A stretch of DNA of 64,000 nt, taken from Terriglobia bacterium. GTDB taxonomy: Bacteria; Acidobacteriota; Terriglobia; 2-12-FULL-54-10. A program made the position numbers and the translations under genes. Where the stretch lies: positions 1,856,001 through 1,920,000 of the forward strand of contig CAXVYR010000004.1 in assembly GCA_963666975.2 (NCBI GenBank), given 5' to 3'. Positions 59,225 to 64,000 of this stretch are shown piece by piece; position 1 is the stretch's first letter; the number at the start of each line of letters is the position of its first letter. The notes under the pieces are model-generated. The model had not been told where the DNA came from and made no database searches. It saw nothing but the letters and a program-made list of their open reading frames with translations.

Positions 59225-59346
59225 TTTGATCTCCCTCTCAAGCGAGTTTAGCTATTATAGAAGTCAAGCGTTAGAAGTCAGCAGCTCAATCAAAAATTTC
59301 ACAAAAGAAGTCCTTCTTCTGACTCCTGTCTCCTGTGCTCTGGCAG

Positions 59347-60051
59347 TCAGAACCCCTCTTCCCTGAGCTTCTCCAGCGTAACGGAAGACTGCTTCGTGGC
59401 TGCCTTCCGAGCCCCGGATGGAATCTCGACGCTCACAAGCAACTTCTCCACGTGCTTGGCCAGGACGTCACACTCAATGTTCAAAGGATCGCCGGGGCGC
59501 AGGTTGCGGAGGGCGGTGTTTTCATAGGTGTGGGGAATAATGGCCACCCCCAGGCGGTTCCCCTCCAGGCGCGCCACCGTCAGGCTGATGCCGTTCAGCG
59601 CAATCGAGCCCTTCCAGACGACATAGCGCTCCAGCTCGCCGGGGACCTCCACCGTCAGCCAGTAGTTCCCGTCCGGCAGCGGATCGAGCGCGGCGAGTTT
59701 GCCCACCCCATCGACGTGCCCCTGCACAACGTGGCCGCCGAAACGGGTGGAAGGCGTCATGGCCCGCTCCAGGTTCACCTGCGAGCCCGTCTTGACCGAC
59801 CCCAGGTCGGTCCTTTCCAAAGTCTCGGGCGAGAGGTCGGCAGCAAACGATTCGGCGGTGATGTCGCGGGCCGTAAGGCAGACGCCGTTGACAGCGACGC
59901 TCTCTCCCTCCCGGAGCTTTCCGCTCTGGTCGTCGGCGACGCCGCCCAAGACGCGGCGGGCGCGAATCACCAGCTTGGCTCCGCCCGAGGGCTCCGCCCC
60001 GCGCTCCAGCGCGGCCACCACGCCCAGCTCCTCAATGATCCCTGTAAACAT
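59347..60051 (-). CDS. ribE: Riboflavin synthase (alpha chain)
   Basis: MFTGIIEE, SVAVNGVCLT, VNLERA, GGHVVQGHVD, KGSIALNGISLT. Confidence 0.96.
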   Translation of the reverse strand: MFTGIIEELGVVAALERGAEPSGGAKLVIRARRVLGGVADDQSGKLREGESVAVNGVCLTARDITAESFAADLSPETLERTDLGSVKTGSQVNLERAMTPSTRFGGHVVQGHVDGVGKLAALDPLPDGNYWLTVEVPGELERYVVWKGSIALNGISLTVARLEGNRLGVAIIPHTYENTALRNLRPGDPLNIECDVLAKHVEKLLVSVEIPSGARKAATKQSSVTLEKLREEGF

Positions 60052-60109
60052 TACTGATCCCTGTAAACATCACTGATCCTTGCAAACGTCACTGCTCTCT
60101 GTAAACGTC
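60036..60109 (-). repeat. Four tandem 19-bp copies of the ribD-stop/ribE-start junction
   Basis: Units at 60036, 60055, 60074 and 60093; plus-strand consensus TGATCCCTGTAAACRTYAC. Confidence 0.85.
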
Positions 60110-61276
60110 TCTGAGGTATCCTTCCACGGCAAAGTCGGGTCCGAAGTGGTGCAAGCGAATTTTCTCCACCGGCAAGGCGTCCCGCATGGCCCGTATGCCC
60201 GCCCCGCCCGCTAAGGGAAGCGATTCGATGCCCCCCAGCAACTTCGGCGCGTAATAGAGAAAGACTTTGTCCACCACGCCGGCTTCCAGAGCGGCCCAGT
60301 TGAGCGCCGACCCGGCCTCCATGAGGACGCTTGTGATCTGCCGGCTGCCCAGTTCCTTCATGGCCTCCCGCAAGCCGGGACGCTGCGGGTTTGAGGCGTG
60401 GTCCGGCGAGAGAGGAAAAACCTCGACTCCCCTCCCCTCCAATGCTTTTCGTTTTCCGGCATCAGCCCCGGTATCATCAGCCCCGGTATCAGAGGAAGCC
60501 GCGCAAAAGATCAGAAGATCGTCCTCCACCTGCTGCAACATCTGTGCCGTAAGCGGGATGCGCAGATGGGAGTCCATGACCACTCGCAACAGAGGTCGGC
60601 GGCGGGGTCGGCGACGGGGCCGACGGCGGGGCTGGCCGCTGCGGTCGGTCAGCAGAGGATCATCGGCCAGCACCGTGCCCACTCCGGTCAGGATGGCGTC
60701 GTGGGCATGACGCTGTTGCTGCACCTGCTCGCGCGCCTCCGCGCTGGTGATCCAGCCGCTGTTGGCATCATCCTCCGGAGCGGCTATCTTCCCATCGAGC
60801 GTCAGCCCGGCCTTCAGGGTCACCAGCGGCAGCCCGGCGCGGATATACCGCGCAAAGCTCTCGTTGAGCCGTTCCGCCTGCTCGCGGCAGAGTCCCGTCT
60901 CCACCTCGACGCCGGCCTGGCGAAGCTGCTCGAAGCCACGGCCCGCAACCAGCGGGTTAGGGTCCGGCATCGCCGCCACCACACGCTTCACTCCGGCGGC
61001 CAGCACCGCCTCCGTGCAGGGACCGGTGCGCCCCTGATGGCAGCATGGCTCGAGATTAATATAGAGCGTCGCTCCCCGGGCTGCCGCGCCAGCGGCTTTG
61101 GCGGTTTGCAGCGCCCGGACCTCGGCATGTTCCCTGCCGTCGTAGGTATGGAAGCCCTGGCCGATGAGGCGCCCGTCCTTCACCAGAAGCGCCCCGACCA
61201 GCGGATTCGGGGAGGCCAACGCCGTCCCTTGCCGGGCCAGCTCCAGTGCTTTGGAGATCCATTCTATGTCATCCAT
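60089..61276 (-). CDS. ribD: Bifunctional riboflavin deaminase/reductase
   Basis: SPNPLVGA, HAEV, LEPCCHQGRTGPC, TLDGKIA, GTVLADDPLLT. Confidence 0.96.
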   Translation of the reverse strand: MDDIEWISKALELARQGTALASPNPLVGALLVKDGRLIGQGFHTYDGREHAEVRALQTAKAAGAAARGATLYINLEPCCHQGRTGPCTEAVLAAGVKRVVAAMPDPNPLVAGRGFEQLRQAGVEVETGLCREQAERLNESFARYIRAGLPLVTLKAGLTLDGKIAAPEDDANSGWITSAEAREQVQQQRHAHDAILTGVGTVLADDPLLTDRSGQPRRRPRRRPRRRPLLRVVMDSHLRIPLTAQMLQQVEDDLLIFCAASSDTGADDTGADAGKRKALEGRGVEVFPLSPDHASNPQRPGLREAMKELGSRQITSVLMEAGSALNWAALEAGVVDKVFLYYAPKLLGGIESLPLAGGAGIRAMRDALPVEKIRLHHFGPDFAVEGYLRDVYREQ

Positions 61277-61382
61277 TCCACTGCCTGCATTCCATGCCTC
61301 GTGTCATATCCCCGGGTTGGACTTCTTGTGAGTGTTCGCCGGAACAAGCACGGCTTGCTAGAAAGGGGTCGCGCCCGGAACT

Positions 61383-62330
61383 TTACGCGAACAGGGATTC
61401 GACAAACTGCTCCGCGTCGAAGGGCAGCAGGTCCTCCTGCTGTTCCCCGACGCCCACATAGCGGATGGGCAGCTGCAACTCGCGGGCGATGGCCAATACC
61501 ACGCCTCCCTTGGCGGTCCCGTCCAGCTTGGTGAGCACGATGCCGGTCACGCCCATGCTCCGGGCGAATTGCTTCGCCTGTTCGAGCCCGTTTTGGCCGG
61601 TCGTTGCATCCATCACCAGCAGGACTTCGTGCGGGGCATCGGGGATCAGCCGCTGTCCCGTTCTGCGCATCTTTTCGAGTTCCGCCATCAGGTTGGCCTT
61701 GGTGTGCAGACGCCCGGCCGTGTCCACGATTACATAATCGGCGCGCCGCGCCTTCGCGGCCGTGAGAGCGTCAAAGAGCACCGCGCTGGGATCAGCGCCG
61801 GGCCTTTGCTTGACGACGGCGGCCGAGGTCCGCTGTCCCCAGATTTCCAACTGCTCCACGGCGGCGGCACGAAACGTATCCCCGGCGCACAGCAGCACCT
61901 TTTTCCCCTGGCTGCCCAACTGAAAGGCGAGCTTCCCGATCGTCGTGGTCTTGCCCGTACCGTTGACGCCTACCATGAAAATTACCACCGGAGGAGTTCT
62001 ATGCTGGGGAACCCCATTCGTGATTCTCGCGAAGATATCCTGGAGCTGAAATTTAACCGCGGACTTCAACTCCGCGGCGTCACTCAATTGCTTGCGGCTC
62101 ACCTGCGCCCGCACGGCATCGAGCACCTCTTGCGTGGTGCCCACGCCCACGTCACCGCCAATCAGGGCTTGTTCCAGTTCTTCCAGCAGCTCGGCGTCGA
62201 TCTCTTTTTTTTCCCGCACGAGATCGTCCACGCGGGCAATCAGGCTCGTTTTGGTGGACTCGACGGCCTTCTGCAGACGCTCCAGCAGCCTGGGCTCTGG
62301 TTCTGTCGTGCCAAATAGGGTTTGGATCAT
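61383..62330 (-). CDS. ftsY: SRP receptor FtsY
   Basis: GVNGTGKTTTIGKLA, DTFRAAA, DTAGRLHT, TKLDGTAKGG. Start MIQTLFG at 62330. Confidence 0.97.
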   Translation of the reverse strand: MIQTLFGTTEPEPRLLERLQKAVESTKTSLIARVDDLVREKKEIDAELLEELEQALIGGDVGVGTTQEVLDAVRAQVSRKQLSDAAELKSAVKFQLQDIFARITNGVPQHRTPPVVIFMVGVNGTGKTTTIGKLAFQLGSQGKKVLLCAGDTFRAAAVEQLEIWGQRTSAAVVKQRPGADPSAVLFDALTAAKARRADYVIVDTAGRLHTKANLMAELEKMRRTGQRLIPDAPHEVLLVMDATTGQNGLEQAKQFARSMGVTGIVLTKLDGTAKGGVVLAIARELQLPIRYVGVGEQQEDLLPFDAEQFVESLFA

Positions 62331-62429
62331 GGACGGGTTCGCCCTCTCCATGAATATAACACATTCGGAAAATGTCCGGCGGAACGGCACGAACCGGGCG
62401 GAAGGGGGAGACGAATGCAGCTAACGAAT

Positions 62430-62705
62430 TTATTGACGGCGGAGCTGGCTGAGTTCGGAGGTGATCAGGGACTCAAAGATAGCAAGGACCCGCTTGCGGT
62501 AGGGAACGATTACTTCCAACGCCTCCCGGTACCAAGGGTCATGGCCCAGCATGGTTTCCCACCGTGCGACAACGTCCGCGGAAACGTCAATATCCTCGCG
62601 AAGACCGTCCAGGGAATGCCCGCGGAGGAACAGCCCGTAAAAGAAGGCTGCTTCTCTCTGAGGTGACATGCCGTTGAGTTCAGGGGGTGCTTGCTCCATT
62701 GTCAT
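62430..62705 (-). CDS. Small hypothetical protein
   Basis: 91-aa ORF with coding-like composition, co-oriented upstream of ftsY. Confidence 0.65.
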   Translation of the reverse strand: MTMEQAPPELNGMSPQREAAFFYGLFLRGHSLDGLREDIDVSADVVARWETMLGHDPWYREALEVIVPYRKRVLAIFESLITSELSQLRRQ

Positions 62706-63058
62706 TCTCTTGAATTGAGTGAGATAGTGTATCCGTTTCCCTGCTTGTTCGCAATAAAATTTTGAGCGGCCCGCCGAATTTTTTTATCATCATTGCCATC
62801 CGGGCGGATGAGTTCCTTATATGGCACCTCATCACCTTGAAGTGCATTATAACACACTTTATATCAACGAGTTAACTAAATTCTACAATTCTTAACAGCT
62901 CCAGTTGAGGGTATTCTAAGGATTACACAGTAAGCTCACTCTCTCAGCTCCAGGTTCTGCCAAACGCCGGTTTGGTAAGGATTTTCCAGGCGGGACACCC
63001 TTGCTAGGGGAAATTCCCTGTGCTGTTTCACGACCCGCGCTCTTTCACAAGAAGCCAC

Positions 63059-63766
63059 TTAGTTTTTTTCCATCGGATTCGCCGATTCTCTGGCCTTGTA
63101 TGCCTCCGCCTCCGCCATTCGCCAGGAGAACCGCTCCCGCGAGAGCAGGTAGAGGGCGCCAAAGAAGATCACCCCTTCCACCAGTAGTTCCAACCCGTAA
63201 CCCGCCAGAAAATAAGGATTCTGCACACGCTCACGCCAGCTCAACGAGACCGGGCTTTCGGAGAAAAACAGATACAGGCGCTCTCCCCAGCCGGTTTGGT
63301 AATGAATCGCATCGTGAACTTGCTCCATCCGACTGATGGTTAGGGGGACCAGGTCAGCGACCGTTGCCAGCATTCCTCCCGCCAGATACCCGACGGAATT
63401 CCACTGTTTGCTCTTCCACACGATATACGCCAGCCCCAGCGAAGCCGTCAAGACCCTCAGCAGCGGGTAGGAGTAGCTCCCCACGCCGATCCACAAGGAA
63501 AGAAGCAACCAGATGAGGGCGACTTCCCGGTTCCATCTCCTGAGAAGCAAGGCGAAGCCAGCGCCGATCAATCCCAATCCCAGAAAGATAGGAACTCTTC
63601 CCGGAGATTTCATCAAGCCCACATCCTCAAAGTGGGGAATGGCATCGAGCAGGAAATGCGATGCGAAGGCAAGCGGAAGAGCCAGCGTCCACCCGTAGCG
63701 AGGAAATCGGGACCGCAGTTTTTGATAGATGACCGTTCCAGCAGCGGCGTGTGTCAGGGGAGTCAT
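63059..63766 (-). CDS. Hypothetical membrane protein (possible membrane-bound metal-dependent hydrolase)
   Basis: Several TM segments, N-terminal THAAAG and SHFLLDAIPH motifs. Confidence 0.7.
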   Translation of the reverse strand: MTPLTHAAAGTVIYQKLRSRFPRYGWTLALPLAFASHFLLDAIPHFEDVGLMKSPGRVPIFLGLGLIGAGFALLLRRWNREVALIWLLLSLWIGVGSYSYPLLRVLTASLGLAYIVWKSKQWNSVGYLAGGMLATVADLVPLTISRMEQVHDAIHYQTGWGERLYLFFSESPVSLSWRERVQNPYFLAGYGLELLVEGVIFFGALYLLSRERFSWRMAEAEAYKARESANPMEKN

Positions 63767-63892
63767 GGGTGAAAAAACCGCTCAGAAAGAAGCGGAACAA
63801 AGAAAGGGGGTACCAATCAAATATACCACAAACACATCGCTGAAACGATTGCGCCTCAGGAGAACATTAGAGGCGAGCATGGGAGACGGTCG

Positions 63893-64000
63893 CTACCGGT
63901 TGTCGGTATCGGCGCGAACGCGGTCCTGACCCGGCTGGCCTTGCCGCAACGCATCGAAGAAGATGAAGTACGACCGGCTCCACATCTCGGTGGGCACCAA
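63893..64000 (-). CDS. 3' end of an unidentified gene running out of the window
   Basis: Open frame LVPTEMWSRSYFIFFDALRQG...DNR* ending at TAG 63893-63895. Confidence 0.35.
   Translation of the reverse strand: MVPTEMWSRSYFIFFDALRQGQPGQDRVRADTDNR

Noticed and set aside
62706-63058. AT-rich intergenic stretch as an origin or ncRNA
   Set aside because: No DnaA-box cluster or recognisable RNA structure; consistent with a promoter region.

Overview
A GC-rich bacterial chromosome segment, probably from an Acidobacteriota member. This is inferred from an FtsY starting MIQTLFG, a TIGR03437-type fragment, a Zn-ribbon/XRE protein and a DUF1592/DUF1552/ankyrin locus. From left to right it holds: a partial KAP NTPase-pentapeptide fusion; a coenzyme F420 cluster (cofE divergent from cofC-cofG-cofH-npdG, no cofD in the window); two type II toxin-antitoxin loci, one with an amber-interrupted RelE; a six-gene MoxR/VWA chaperone operon; and miaB. 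The accessory region (about 25-45 kb) encodes secreted and redox proteins, an intact IS3-family element and many gene remnants (amtB, ggt, dctM, SDR, kinase, IS1182). The right third is housekeeping (uppP, ftsK, dapF, LD-carboxypeptidase, mpl, ArnT-like, ribE, ribD, ftsY). The main signals missed by the ORF track are: (1) a probable exported selenoprotein rhodanese with an in-frame UGA at the catalytic position and a SECIS-like hairpin; (2) a 24-bp repeat that appears nested recursively inside itself and inside a second REP-like hairpin family; (3) several genes reduced to an N-terminus joined directly to a C-terminus. No rRNA, tRNA or CRISPR array was recognised. All family calls come from motif recognition by eye, with no database searches.
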